A stretch of 64,000 bases of DNA from Lytechinus pictus (lineage: Eukaryota), in the NCBI RefSeq assembly GCF_037042905.1, contig NC_087245.1, positions 17,982,001-18,046,000 on the forward strand. Direction: 5' to 3'. Numbering within the stretch: the stretch's first letter is position 1; every line of letters begins with the position of its first letter. Below are positions 1 through 13,146 of the stretch, in pieces. Made by a program: the position numbers and the translations under genes. Under the pieces are notes generated by a model, which saw nothing but the letters and a program-made list of their open reading frames with translations, was not told where the DNA came from and made no database searches.

Positions 1-410
1 ATATGCAAATGAGAGTTGATGATATCACTCACTGTTTCTTTTGCTTTTAATTTTATTATCTTTCCATTTTTATAGATATGACAAAGGCGAATTTTAATGA
101 TAAAGAACCATGTTCCTTTTGCTTTTGATTGTATTATCTCTCCATTTTTACAGATTTGACAAAGGCATGCATGCACTCTTGACTGAACCACAAAATGTTA
201 AAACAATGGTAATACTCAAATTCTTCATGTTCAAGTAGGATTAAAACCTTAGTTTTACCATGGAGCTATTGTTAATAGCTCTATGGGGGTTTTACTTTAC
301 AACGAGGAGTAAATTGAATCATCTCATATGAAATACAGAAGAAATAGTGAATGAGTGGGTGATGTCATCGGTCCGCTCATTTGCATACGTACCAGGATGT
401 GCATAAACAT
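1..410. mobile_element. Partial copy of the palindromic Kolobok-like MITE family
   Basis: Shares the motifs cactcact..ttcttt and ctcatttgcata..accaggatgtgcata with 6351..6952 and 22894..23484. Confidence 0.6.
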
Positions 411-2239
411 AAAAACTAGTTATTTGGTTACTTTGACCAATCTAGCATTCATCCTAATATGCCACCATCAAATGCCCACTTTCAAATCTATAAGGTATAA
501 TGAAAAAATGCAATGATGAGACTTATGATTTTATATAAGTTCGATTTTTCCGATTGATATCTATACTTTGTAACCAACTTATTGTCAAACATGGATCGAC
601 CCGAGGCCAAGTCATGCATGGTCATTCGCACGGTCCATTTTGATCATCGCAAACATAACTTGCTCTTGCACTCATATACTCAGTATGCACTTTATACTGA
701 CAATTATTTAAAATACAGATAACTACTTCAAGTTCATGGAATGATCGATAAGTAGAGTTAGGGAGATTTAGAGGCATGTAATGGGGATCGAGGCATCAAC
801 TAAATTTGTATTACTTGCCGGGGGGTATTATTATCGATGATTTGTAATTATGAACAGTATCTTTCACACAGCAAGCAAGCAGAAAGGGCATATTACAATT
901 TTACCTAAGTTTGGCGGAATAAGTCTATACACAAGTAGAGCCTTTACTTACCCAAGTCGATTCCTTGCTCTCAAATTGTGTGTTTGACGACCAGACATGT
1001 CGATTCTTGATGCATTATGACGAGGGTCATCATCATGATTATCCTTACCCGTCTCCATGGCAAAATCACAAAAGATACTTACAAAATATCAACCAACATC
1101 AAAAGATTCCAAGTTAATCGAGCAATAAATGAGCGAACGACGCACTCGAGAAAACAACCAAAAGCTACTAATAATACTCGGACAAAGGAATAGATGTGGT
1201 GTTTCATAAAAGTTTACGTTGAAAAATAATTCTTGGAACCAGATTACTATAGTTGGTAAACTCCGTGTCACCTTCACTGTGTAGGGGCATTGACTTCGAT
1301 GCGAACACACAGATTACTATTGTGTGATGAATGACTCATGTTTCCCTCACACACAATAAAATCTATTGACACTTGCATCAGCTGGCTCTCCCACCAACCT
1401 AGCTTCAGACGAATCGGGGCAAATTGAGGTCATAACTCGCTATTTTCTTCAAAATCTACTTTCCTACAAAAGAGATGCAAGTTTATGTATACGACCTTTC
1501 GCTACAAGTTTGTGTTTGCTATCGTTCATGTGCCGATATGAGCAAGATGCAGACAAAAATCGCGAAAACATGAAATCGTGTTATCTGGCTCTGGAAAGGA
1601 TCACAAGTATTTTGGTTTTGCGGTGAGCAGACGGTCACATTCCGATACGCTTGTTCATAAGTGCCGCGGCGCTACCGTAAAAAAACTTGATACACTAAAC
1701 ACCCGAACCTCTCACACTTATCAATTTTCTCTCTATCGGGCCTCACCTCCTCCCTCGGCAGTATTTTACTATCCACGTCTGACAAAAGGGGTCTAATGCG
1801 TTCCCAACGTACTCCAAGTTGAAAATATTTGTATCTAAATAAATAGAGTAAAATTCACAGAGCAAAATGCTGAAAATTTCATCGAAATCACATAACAAAA
1901 TAATAACGAACTTATTGAATTTTAAAGTCTAGCAATATTTTGTGAAAATAGCATATGCACGTCATAATTATTCATTAGGTGGGCTGATGATGTCACATCC
2001 CCACTTGAAATCATTTTCTTATGTTATAACATGAAATCATAATTGTTTCATTTTTCATACATGTTTGAATAATGTGTCTCTTTTAATAATGAAATAAGTT
2101 GCGGCAATTAGTATCTAGTGCACTAAATCAGCTGTCAATCCATTTTTTTTTCAGTTCTTGATAAAAAAAAAACTTGAATAAACCTTTTTTTTATATCATA
2201 AAATACAAAAGAACAAGTGGGGATATGACATCATCAAGT

Positions 2240-3771
2240 GGCAGTTTATAATCACTCGCGTCGCGTTCTGGTTCGTAATCACTCGCGTTTTGAATTTTTG
2301 GCGATTTTTTTTTATTTCGGTGCGATTTTTTTTTAACGGTGTCTTCAATGGGACAGACATGCAGGGAAATTTGAGTTTCGTTTTAAGCCGGCAATTAAAG
2401 AATAGAAAACAAGCTTGATCCGCCCCAGACAGCTGGCAGCAGTCTGTTTCGAGGAGTTTTTTTCAAACATTTTAAATTTCTCTGTATTGGTGAGCGGAGC
2501 CAACGGAGTTCAGCGGAACAACCAACATAATAATTAATAGACACAAAGACCGAAGCTTTTGGTCAAGATCCGCCCCTGTGGCTGTGCGCGCTCTCACGGT
2601 AAAAATTCGCGCGACGATCAAAGCCAAGGTACCGTACCGTCCCGGTGCCTTCCTGAAAACAGAAGTTGTCGGCTACGTCATTTATCCAGGCCCCTTAAAC
2701 AACTCCAAGCACGAGGTATCTCAGATTGAGTCAGAAATAATGGATTGGAAAACAGAAGACATGGCTTCAGGGAGTCACAGGTAATAAAGAATTCCTAATA
2801 TTACCGGTATTTGTTATTTACTTCTTTATAACCAGAGTGCACTTTACTCCCCCTCCTACTTCTCTTTCTTCTCAGTCTTCTTTTTATTCCCATTATTATG
2901 TCATCTTATTCTTCTCCCTGTTCTTCTACTTCTCAATTTCTTCCCTTTCTCCTTATTGTTCATCTCCCTTCTCACTTCTTCCTTTTCTCTTCTCAGTCTT
3001 CCCCTTATTTTATCTTCTCTTTCTCTTCTTCTACATCCTCCCCTCAATTTTCTCTTTTTAGTTTCATTTTTACCCCCTTATGTCCTCCATCTTCTTTTTT
3101 CTTCTTCTACTTCTCCTCCTCCTTCCTTCTTGCTTTTCTTCTTCAGCACTTTTTTCCTCCCTGATTTTTACGTTAGTGTAGAATAATTCACAAAGAAAGG
3201 GAGAAGCAAATAAATAGTGATATTATGAAATTGTAGCACCTCACTATATGCTTTATAAAGAATACCACAGACTTTAGGAAAATCCTCCAAAGGCAAAGCT
3301 AAATCGAGAGTAGCCTTTCCTCCTTTTTCTTCTTTATTCCTTTTCTCCTTTCTTTCTCCTTTTTTCCTTGCTTCTTTCTTTCTGTCTGTCTTTTTTTTTC
3401 TTTCTCTTTTCTCCCTCTTTCCCTTCCTTTCTCCCTCCTCTCTCTTTTTTTAGGGGGAGCCCCCCCCCGCTTCCGCCGCCTATGGCTCTAAGATTTAAGA
3501 TGTGGAATGTGATTATGTTAAAACAGTAGTCAAAATTTGCTTGTTATCTTAAAACAGTGGTCGAGAATGTTTTATTTAAGGCACTTACCAGCTTAAAATA
3601 AAACGAAACTCGAATTTCAATTTCATTTTATTTTTCCAGTACGTTTGTCCCATTGAAGACACCGTTAGAAAAAAAATCGCACCGAAAAAAAAAAAATCGC
3701 CAAAAATCAAAAACGCGTGTGATTACCAACCCGACGCGAGTGATTACGAACGCGAGTGAATATAATAAGCC
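2240..3771. mobile_element. Non-autonomous DNA transposon with ~150-bp imperfect TIRs and an 8-bp TSD, nested in a Kolobok-like MITE
   Basis: TIR ggcagtttataatcactcgcg / cgcgagtgaatataataagcc; TSD catcaagt at 2232-2239 and 3772-3779. Confidence 0.8.
2840..3450. repeat. CT-rich low-complexity tracts
   Basis: Polypyrimidine runs that generate spurious Phe/Ser/Leu ORFs. Confidence 0.8.
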
Positions 3772-4964
3772 CATCAAGTTGCTCATTGTATATTCATGAA
3801 GATAGGCCTAGAACTGTTTCACCGGATAACGCGAATCTTTAATGTCATAACTCTGTTATTCCTAGTCCGATTTTGATCACATTTTCATTTTTTGTTTGTC
3901 TGATTTTTCTTTATCTGATGTTAAAATCATATTATTTGCAGCTCGGAGCATCCCTTTAATTCATCTGACAAATGCGTAAGAGAGAAACACATATACCTCT
4001 GGGGAAAGTTGAAAATAACGATGAAATGGAGACATATGAATTACACCCCCCCCCCCCCCTCCTTGCCCACATGTCAGGGAGGAGATTGTTACCATAGACC
4101 TATGAGGTGGCCTCAGTGAAGTTTAAATGGCCACGCATAAATCATGTGGTGGGAGGGAGGTGAGCCACTGAAGTCTCTATTTCTAGACCCTAAATATTTA
4201 TTTGATTCTTAATTAGGTAATTATACAATTTAATCATGAAAGTACGACAATAAAATCCTAACATTAACAGAATATTATTATTAAAAGAATATGATTATCT
4301 AAATAACATTTTGTACCTTAAAATTTATCGAACTTCGGTGGTACTATAATTATATATATTTTTTAATGTACAAATCAGTAGACTACACTTGTCAACAAAC
4401 CGTTTTCTACCAAGAAGCGGAGAGCAGTGAAAGCAGACACTATGGGCAGACATGATCTACTTATTAGCGCCCTCCACAGCCGGTATCTTTTGCAAATCTG
4501 GATTTCTTCTCTTTCAACCACCACTACAACCATGAGCATCATCATCAGCAGCATGCAGCAGCACTTGATCATGACATAGGCACCACAGTACCACCACCCC
4601 CACCACCGTCATCATCATCCACCTCGTACCGTGAAAATGCTCTTTCAAAAGTCCATGTTCAAAGGTAGAGGAGCATGATGGGGGCAGCCCCCCCAAAAAA
4701 AAATAGTAAATAAATAAATAAAAATAAATAGATAAATAAAAATAAATTAATAAAAATAAAAAATAAATAAATTTAAAATTTAAAATTGAATTAAAATAAT
4801 AATAATGTATAAATGAATAAACAAATAAATATAAAAAAATAAAAAATAAAATAAAAATATAAGATGGGACAAATTTGTAGGCATGTATGCAAATATTCTT
4901 CTTTTTGTATCACTAAAAAGTTGCAGATCTTCTAAAACCAACATTTCATTATTGCCCCCCCTCC

Positions 4965-6310
4965 CAGTGGCGTAGCTAGGATTTTTTTCCTGGGGGGCAC
5001 TGGGGGTCCTTGCTTTTTCAGGGGGGGCACCATTTTTTCCGGTGTGTGTGTATGTGTCACAAGGGCGGATCCGACTTTCGCCAATAGGGGACGGGGCCCG
5101 AAATTATCTTCACCTATATTTTCCCCGATCAGTCCCTTCTCAGTTGTATTCTTATAAAACAACATAAACATGAAATAATCTCATAAGCCTTATAAAAAGT
5201 GCGAGCGCGAAGTGCGAGCGATTTTTTTTTACTTTCATGTATTTTGTCCTGAAAATTTGATATACTGCTGGGCAATGTTATGTGTGATCCTGAACAAGAT
5301 TAGTATGTGACTAGATGGTTACTGCGAACGCCAAGCGTTAGCAGAAATTTTTATTAACTGTTCTAGCATTATCGAAGACGGTATATATTTCAATAATGCG
5401 AGCGCGAAGCGCGAGCAAATTTTTTTGACATTCCGACCTAAAAAAATGGTAATTCTAAGCACTTTTTGTATTAATAAATGGGATAATTATGTAACTAAAC
5501 AATTGATGCGAGCGCGAAGCGCGAGAGGAAGAAAATTGATATTTTAGACCTAAAAGCGGGACACTCTATTCATATTTTGTAAATCATAAATAGGATATAG
5601 TTAATTGGGTATCATTAATAATGCGATCGTGAAGCGTGAGCAGACAATTATTGACATTTTGAAGTGAAACTGGATAATTTAAGTACATTTTAAATAAAGA
5701 ACATGCAGGCTATCGCGCATGTTTTAGATTTAGACCTAGAATCTGGGCATTCTGAATACATTTGTTTAATGGAACATTATGGAATACATGTAGCCGGGAC
5801 ACGTAGACAATATGAACTTGGCAAATCAAACAATGTGACCACGCAGCGTGAGCTTAAAATGCTGATATGTAGACCATAAAATGGACATTTTACAGAGCAC
5901 TTAAATTTGTAAATGAAAAAAAATAATGAAAGCTCGATGTCCGAGCTAAAAAATGTTTTGTATATTGACTTCAAAACTTGCTCCATATCAGCCTATTGAG
6001 CAAGATATGAATCTCATCGAACAGGCAATTCTGGCGCGAAGCGCAAGCAAAAATTTTATAAAGTAACATGAAGGATTTTTTTTTGCAAGTCTTCCCCTCA
6101 CATTATATCATTCACTCGTCTTCCTCCTAGCTCTTATTTTCCTCTTCTTTTTTTTCTTCTGTCTTTCTTCTTCTTTTCCTTTTTTCTTTTCTTCTTTCTC
6201 CCTTTTTTTTTTGCTCTGCCATTTTTTTTCAGGGGGGGGGCACCTGGGGGGCACACCAAATCTCAGGGGGGGGCACGTGCCCCCCCAGGCCCCCCTTAGC
6301 TACGCCACTG
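4965..6310. mobile_element. hAT-like non-autonomous element (CAGTGGCGTAGCTA TIR) with periodic GCGAGCGCGAAGCGCGAGC motifs
   Basis: cagtggcgtagcta...tagctacgccactg; flanks ccccctcc/cccccccc (low-complexity 8-bp TSD, 1 mismatch). Confidence 0.75.
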
Positions 6311-6350
6311 CCCCCCCCCCCATGAAAATAGACGATCAAGGCAAAATTAA

Positions 6351-6952
6351 AGGACAAGGCTACCCCAGAAAAATGTTGATTTTGAATAAAAAGAGAAAAA
6401 TTCAACAAGCATAACAGTGAAAATTTCATCAAAATCGGATGTAAAATAAGAAAGTTATGACATTTTAAAATTTTGCTTAATTTTACAAAACAGTTATATG
6501 CACATCCTGGTCGGTATTCAAATAAGGAGACTGATGACGTCATCCACTCACTATTTCTTTTGTGTTTTATTATATGATATACGAAATATTCTAATTTTCT
6601 CTTCATTGACAAGTGAAACATTGATTAATTCCTCCCTGAACATGTGGAATTATTATTGTTTAATACTATATGGTTCAGTCAATTCGGTCCCTATGGTCAA
6701 ATCTGTAAAAAATGAAATATTATGATTCAAACAATAAAAAACAAAAGAAATTGTGAGAGATGGACATCATCGACTGACTCATTTGCATGTCACTGAGTTG
6801 TGCATATCACTGTTTTGTGAAAAATAAGCGAAATTTTAAAATGCCATAACTTTCTTATTTTACATCCGATTTTGATAAAATTTTAAGTGTTATGCTAGTT
6901 TGATTTTTCTCTATTTATTCAAATCAACATTTTGCTGGGGTGGACTTGACCT
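6351..6952. mobile_element. Kolobok-like palindromic MITE, TTAA TSD
   Basis: ttaa|aggacaagg...cttgacct|ttaa, with long imperfect TIRs spanning most of the element. Confidence 0.85.
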
Positions 6953-7363
6953 TTAAGTTTACATCTTGATCCGTAGGTGTTTCCAAATTCAGCCTGGATG
7001 GGATTGGGAAGATGTCTGCGTTATGTATAATCCCTGAGAGCTGTCAGCAAAACAATCCCTCTATTGTATCCCCATGAACGGTCATCTGCAATGACTCCCA
7101 AAATCCTCATTATCACGCCTCTTCAAATAAACTATGGTATGGTTTTGCTCATTCAACTTCTGGACTATTTCATAAGCTGGTCATTATCAACAACAATACC
7201 ACAGCACCTCATCTTTTATTTCAGCCAGAGGTGATAACACTGGAACGAGAACTTATAAAGTTATTAAAAAACATGCACTAGTTAGTTATCATCAAACAAA
7301 TCGTCCCATCATGGTAGGGTCCATGGTCTAATAAATCTGTGCGTTAAAAGGGCTGTGAGAAAG

Positions 7364-9706
7364 GGGTGTCTATAAAACAAAGACCTAAGACCTAAGACCT
7401 AAGACCCCATATATGTACTACCAAAAAAACTACAAAACTAAGACCCAACCAACTACAAAACTAAGACCCTGTGTAAGTAATCCCCGGTAATACTCATGGG
7501 TATGAAGCCTAGTCTGTGATCCAGACCAAGTTACACTACCACCTATATCATACTTAGACAAAACTACAAAACTAAGACCTAACCAACTACAAAACTAAGA
7601 CCCTGTGTAATATTCATTGGTATGAGTTTAGTCTGTATACTCCAGACCCAGTTTTGAAGATACACTTCACTATTCTATGTACTCAATACAAAACTACAAA
7701 ACTAAGACCCAACCAACTACAAAACTAAGACCCTGTGTAATATTCATTGGTATGAGTCTAGTCTGTACTCCAGACCCAGTTTTGAAGTTACACTTCACTA
7801 TCCTATGTACTCAATACAAAACTACAAAAGCTAAGACCTAACCAACTACAAAACTAAGACCCTGTGTAATATTCATTGGTATGAGTCTAGTCTGTACTCC
7901 AGACCTAGTTTTGAAGTTACACTTCACCTATCCTATGTACTCAATACAAAACTACAAAACTAAGACCCAACCAACTACAAAACTAAGACCCTGTGTAATA
8001 TTCATTGGTGTGAGTCTAGTCTGTACTCCACACCCAGTTTTGGAGAAACCCTTCATCTATTCTATGTACTCAATACAAAACTACAAAACTAAGACCTAAC
8101 CAACTACAAAACTAAGACCCTGTGTAATGTTCATTGGTATGAGCCTAGTCTGTACTCCACACCCAGTTTGGGAGAAATGCTTTACTATCCTATGTACTCA
8201 ATACAAAACTACAAAACTAAGACCTAACCAACTACAAAACTAAGACCCTGTGTAATATTCATTGGTATGAGCCTAGTCTGTACTCCAGACCCAGTTTTGA
8301 AGTTACACTTCACTATCATATGTACTCAATACAAAACTACAAAACTAAGACCTAACCAACTACAAAACTAAGACCCTGTGTAATATTCATTGGTATGAGC
8401 CTAGTCTGTACTCCACACCCAGTTTTGAAGTTACACTTCGCCTATCCTATGTACTCAATACAAAACTACAAAACTAAGACCCTGTGTAATATTCATTGGT
8501 ATGAGCCTAGTCTGTACTCCACACCCAGTTTTGAAGTTACACTTCACCTATCCTATGTACTCAATACAAAACTACAAAACTAAGACCTAACCAACTACAA
8601 AACTAAGACCCTGTGTAATATTCATTGGTATGAGCCTAGTCTGTACTCCACACCCAGTTTGGGAGAAATGCTTTACTATCCTATGTACTCAATACAAAAC
8701 TACAAAACTAAGACCTAACCAACTACAGAACTAAGACCATGTGTAATATTCATTGGTATGAGCCTAGTCTGTACTCCACACCCAGTTTTGAAGTTACACT
8801 TCACTATCCTATGTACTCAATACAAAACTACAAAACTAAGACCTAACCAACTACAAAACTAAAGACCCTGTGTAATATTCATTGGTATGAGTCTAGTCTG
8901 TACTCCACACCCAGTTTTGAAGTTACACTTCACTATCCTATGTACTCAATACAAAACTACAAAACTAAGACCTAACCAACTACAAAACTAAGACCCAATA
9001 TTCATTGGTATGAGCCTAGTCTGTATCTCCAAAACTGGGTCTGGAGTACAGACTAGGCTCATACCAATGAATATTACACAAGGTCTTAGTTTTGTAGTTG
9101 GTTAGGTCTTAGTTTTGTAGTTTTTTATTGAGTACATAGGATAGTGAAGCATTTCTCCCAAACTGGGTCTGGAGTACAGACTAGGCTCATACCAATGAAT
9201 ATTACACAGGGTCTTAGTTTTGTAGTTGGTTAGGTCTTAGTTTTGTAGTTTTGTATTGAGTACATAGGATAGGTGAAGTGTATCTTCAAAACTGGGTCTG
9301 GAGTACAGACTAGACTCATACCAATGAATATTACACAGGGTCTTAGTTTTGTAGTTGGTTGGGTCTTAGTTTTGTAGTTTTGTATTGAGTACATAGAATA
9401 GGTGAAGTGTATCGCCCAAACTGGGTCTGGAGTACAGACTAGACTCATACCAATGAATATTACACAGGGTCTTAGTTTTGTAGTTGGTTAGGTCTTAGTT
9501 TTGTAGTTTTGTCTAAGTATGATATAGGTGGTAGTGTAACTTGGTCTGGATCACAAACTAAGCTTCATACCCATGAGTATTACCGGGGATTACTTACACA
9601 GGGTCTTAGTTTTGTAGTTGGTTGGGTCTTAGTTTTGTAGTTTTTTTGGTAGTATATATATGGGGTCTTAGGTCTTAGGTCTTAGGTCTTTGTTTTATAG
9701 ACACCC
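7364..9706. mobile_element. Foldback-type (Mutator/MULE-like) non-autonomous element with TIRs built of ~128-bp tandem repeats
   Basis: Ends gggtgtctataaaacaaagacc / ggtctttgttttatagacaccc; perfect 9-bp TSD gtgagaaag at 7355-7363 and 9707-9715; the orientation switches at ~9026-9030. Confidence 0.92.
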
Positions 9707-9807
9707 GTGAGAAAGAGAGAAAAGAGACTTTCAAATACAGTGAACGATAATGATAATTTCAAGGAGAGCAGGATGATTTAGCTGGACTTGTTGATGATAA
9801 CTTGATG

Positions 9808-10983
9808 CAGTGGCGTAACTACGGGGGGGCATGGGGGGGCACGTGCCCCCCCCCCCCAATCGGCTGACCAAAAACAAAAACAAACAAAAAAAAACGGGGA
9901 AAAGGAGAAAAAAGAGGGAGAAAGGAAGAAGAACGTAGTGGGAAAGAAGAAATTATTATTCGTTATAATGGTATATTATATTATAATCATATTATGTTAT
10001 ATTACATAGAAAACATATTTTATCCTAACTTTATGAAACATTAAGTGCTCAGGGCCTATGTTGTCATTGTTCCTGGTGCTCGCATTGTCTTTTAAAGAGA
10101 TACATGTATATAAACCTGTTGTACGAAAAACTCCCGTTTCAAGTCAATATACACCAAATATATTATTGTTTTATGCAGTGACATATGCTTCTTTTTCATG
10201 ACTACTTAAAGTGATTGCCCCATGTTAAGGTCTTAATATAAAATATTTCCTGTCCGTGATTACGTTCGCATCAGTGGATTGGTGATATATGTCTGCTCTT
10301 CGTGAATTCCTAAAATCAGTCCTTAAAATGTCCCTTTTCTGATCTGAATATCAAAAATTTTCAGCTCGCGCTTCGCGCTCGCATCATTTGGTTAGTTAAA
10401 TACGTATGGTCTTAGTGAATTCCTACAAACAAGCTATAGAATGCCCCTCTTCAGGTCTGAATTTCCTAAATTTTCAGCTCGCGCTTCGCGCTCGCAATAT
10501 TTGATTAGTGAGATGCGTATGTTATTCATGATTACAATGAGTACAAGTGCTTCATAAGTGTTTAAATGTAATTCTATCAAAATCAGCAAGCGCTTGACAT
10601 TGGCATTAGATGACAATGGTGAGATATGTATACTATTAAGGGATTATCAATATAGTCATTAAGATCTCCCTGTTTGGGGTCAATGTATAAAAAAAATTCG
10701 GCTCGCGCTTCGCGCTCGCATTGTTTAGCGAGACAGGTACGTATCATGATTACAAAGTCGATTATAATGTCCCTTTTTAGGTCTGAATATCAAAAATTTT
10801 AAGCTCACGCTTCGCGCTCGCATTATTTGACCAGTAAGAGACATATCCGTTTAATGGCACTGTCCTTAAAATGTCTCTATTAGTTCAGTATACCTGGCAT
10901 CTGAGCGCACTTCGCGCGCTCACTAAGTGACTCAAATTTTTTGCTGGTGCCCCCCCAATGCCGTGACTCACGGTACGCCACTG
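9808..10983. mobile_element. hAT-like non-autonomous element
   Basis: TIR cagtggcgta / tacgccactg; perfect 8-bp TSD acttgatg at 9800-9807 and 10984-10991; internal gctcgcgcttcgcgctcgc repeats. Confidence 0.9.
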
Positions 10984-11864
10984 ACTTGATGACATAACTT
11001 TCAATATCCATCCATAGATTGACCTAGTCTGCTGGGCAAACCCTTCACTCGTCTGAATGTGCAGCCTACTCATGCCTTGTGTACTGAAGGTACAGCAAGT
11101 TTTGTATGTGCTAGTCTTTGTGTGGAGGCACACTTATTGATCAAAGTTCCAATCAGGGTATATGCCTGCAGACTAAGATTGACCATGGATCTGCTACACA
11201 CGGATAGACGGTGACATAACATGGAAACAACTCCTTATCTTTCACTACCCCCTCCTCTCCACTCCGGAGGGCCCTTAACCCCCACCCCCCCCCCCACACA
11301 CACACACACCCTCTCCCCTCCCTCCCATAACTCTGTGTGCAGCTCTACTGTACTGCATGGGCTACTATATTTCTTTCAGATAGGCCTACACTCCCAGAGA
11401 AGTTAATTGTAAAATATTGAGGGGGCCAGACATGCCATAATTATTATGGGGCCTAAAAGCTTCGAAGAGTGAAGCAAGTGAGAAAAACTTACCTTATAAA
11501 GGAAATCTAAGTTTGTGATAGATTTTATATATTTTGACATAATATTCAGAAAACTGAACGCCTTATTTCAGCATGTTTCCCCATATTTCCTTTCCTTTTT
11601 CTATTTTTGTTTTCTCATTTCTTTATTTGGTAGCGAAAGGACATGGCCTCCAACTCCCCTCTAGACTTGTTCGTCAGTTATCATTTTAACCGCAATCCTA
11701 CAAATTCCAGATGGAAACATCCGCACTATTTCTTCAAACGCAATCATTATGGCCGATTATGGGCCTATATAAGACTATTACTTTGTACTGTAACATTTCT
11801 GATCAGCAACTGCCTGCTGCTATACCCCCCCCCCCCTCTTCCGTCTTCCCTCCCTCTCTCCCCC

Positions 11865-11897
<33 letters not shown>

Positions 11898-11898
11898 C

Positions 11899-12085
11899 CT
11901 TCATTTCATTTCATTTCGTTTATTTCCATTTTCAACAATTACAGTTTATTTTGTACATTTTAACATATAAATAACAAAACATATTTCAAGTATTCCTGTA
12001 CACAAATTATATTCAAGATTATTACATATCAGGTTGGAAATGGAGGAGGCTGCTAAAAAGCGGAGCTTATAGAGTGCAGCCTCCT
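11899..12085 (-). mobile_element. 3' tail of an L2/CR1-group LINE
   Basis: The minus strand reads a hairpin ggaggctgc...gcagcctcc, then aataaa and a (gaaat)n tail. Family assignment is from general structure only. Confidence 0.5.
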
Positions 12086-12300
12086 TCCTTCCTTCCTTCC
12101 TTCTCTTTTTTTTTTCTCTCTCTCTTTCTTTATCTCTCTCTCCCCCTCCGTCTATCTAGCTGTCTAAACAACAATTTTAGTCTCGTGTATAACATTTGAC
12201 TATCTGTGTTGAAATTTCGAATGTTTCATCCTCATTTGCTCATTTAGTATAAAACATTTCTATTTCATTTATTTCGTTATTGATCAATGATTCCTTATAT

Positions 12301-13057
12301 GAAGAGTTTAATTCCAAAAGGAGCTAAATCCACTTTTGGCATTTTTCTGTATGTCAAGGTTTTGTTTTATTCACCAATTTCCCTAGCACTGCTGTTTTAT
12401 TTTATATAATATGATAAAGCTATCATCTTATATTAAATACATCATGTTTTCAAAATCTAGCATTCATTTTCATTTTTAAAGATTTTTTTAAACTTTATTT
12501 TTCGTGGATTTAGCTCCTTTTGGAACAAAACCTTGGTAGAATTCCATATTTGCCAATTTAAACATGTTTAATATTGGAAATTTAACACGAAACGCATAAA
12601 TATTGCGGGCAGAGTACATTTCATATCTTTTCTGATGTTCATCCATTGAAAATTACAAAAAGAAAAAAAAAGATATTCTAACTCCAAAAGGAGCTAAGTC
12701 CAAAAATGATCATAAAAAATTAAATTTATGTTATTTTCATCAAAATTTGCTCTGTTGGTGTGAACTTGTATACACAATATGTAACTAAAAATTGAATGCA
12801 TGACTTTCTGTAAAGTAGCAACATTAACGAATTTTTAATAACCATGTAGTGAATTCAGCTCCTTTTGGAATAAAACTGTTTTGGATTTAGCTCCTTTTGG
12901 GAATAAAACTAAAATTTGCAATGAATTTTACCAACCTCCCCCCCCCCAAAAAAAAAAAAAAGCGATATGGTGCATTTGAGTCCCACGTTTAAGATACAAA
13001 AAACCCCAGATTTTGATAAAAAATGGATTTAGCCCCTTTTGGACTGAATCAGACTTC
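12301..13057. mobile_element. MITE with ~30-bp TIRs and six copies of ccaaaaggagctaaatcca (possibly Sola1-like)
   Basis: gaagagtttaattccaaaaggagctaaatcca / tggatttagccccttttggactgaatcagacttc; flanks atat/attt (AWWT, imperfect). Confidence 0.6.
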
Positions 13058-13146
13058 ATTTTTCCTATCATATGCTCCTATTATCTGAAGGCAAGTGAGA
13101 ATGTAAAACAAAGTTATCGTGACGTCGGTATCAATAAATATTAATA

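Larger units (their letters stand above)
1786..3954. mobile_element. Kolobok-like (TTAA) MITE interrupted by a nested element
   Basis: Starts aaagggg..tactccaag.tgaaaat and ends ggagcatcccct|ttaa. Internal inverted blocks gatgatgtcacatccccacttg / caagtggggatatgacatcatc. The host sequence resumes after the nested insertion. Confidence 0.6.

Noticed and set aside
7560..9500. Regular repeats suggesting a CRISPR array, and repeated 'MSLVCTP' ORFs
   Set aside because: The units are homologous along their full length with no unique spacers. There are no cas genes, the context is eukaryotic, and the ORFs are by-products of the repeat.
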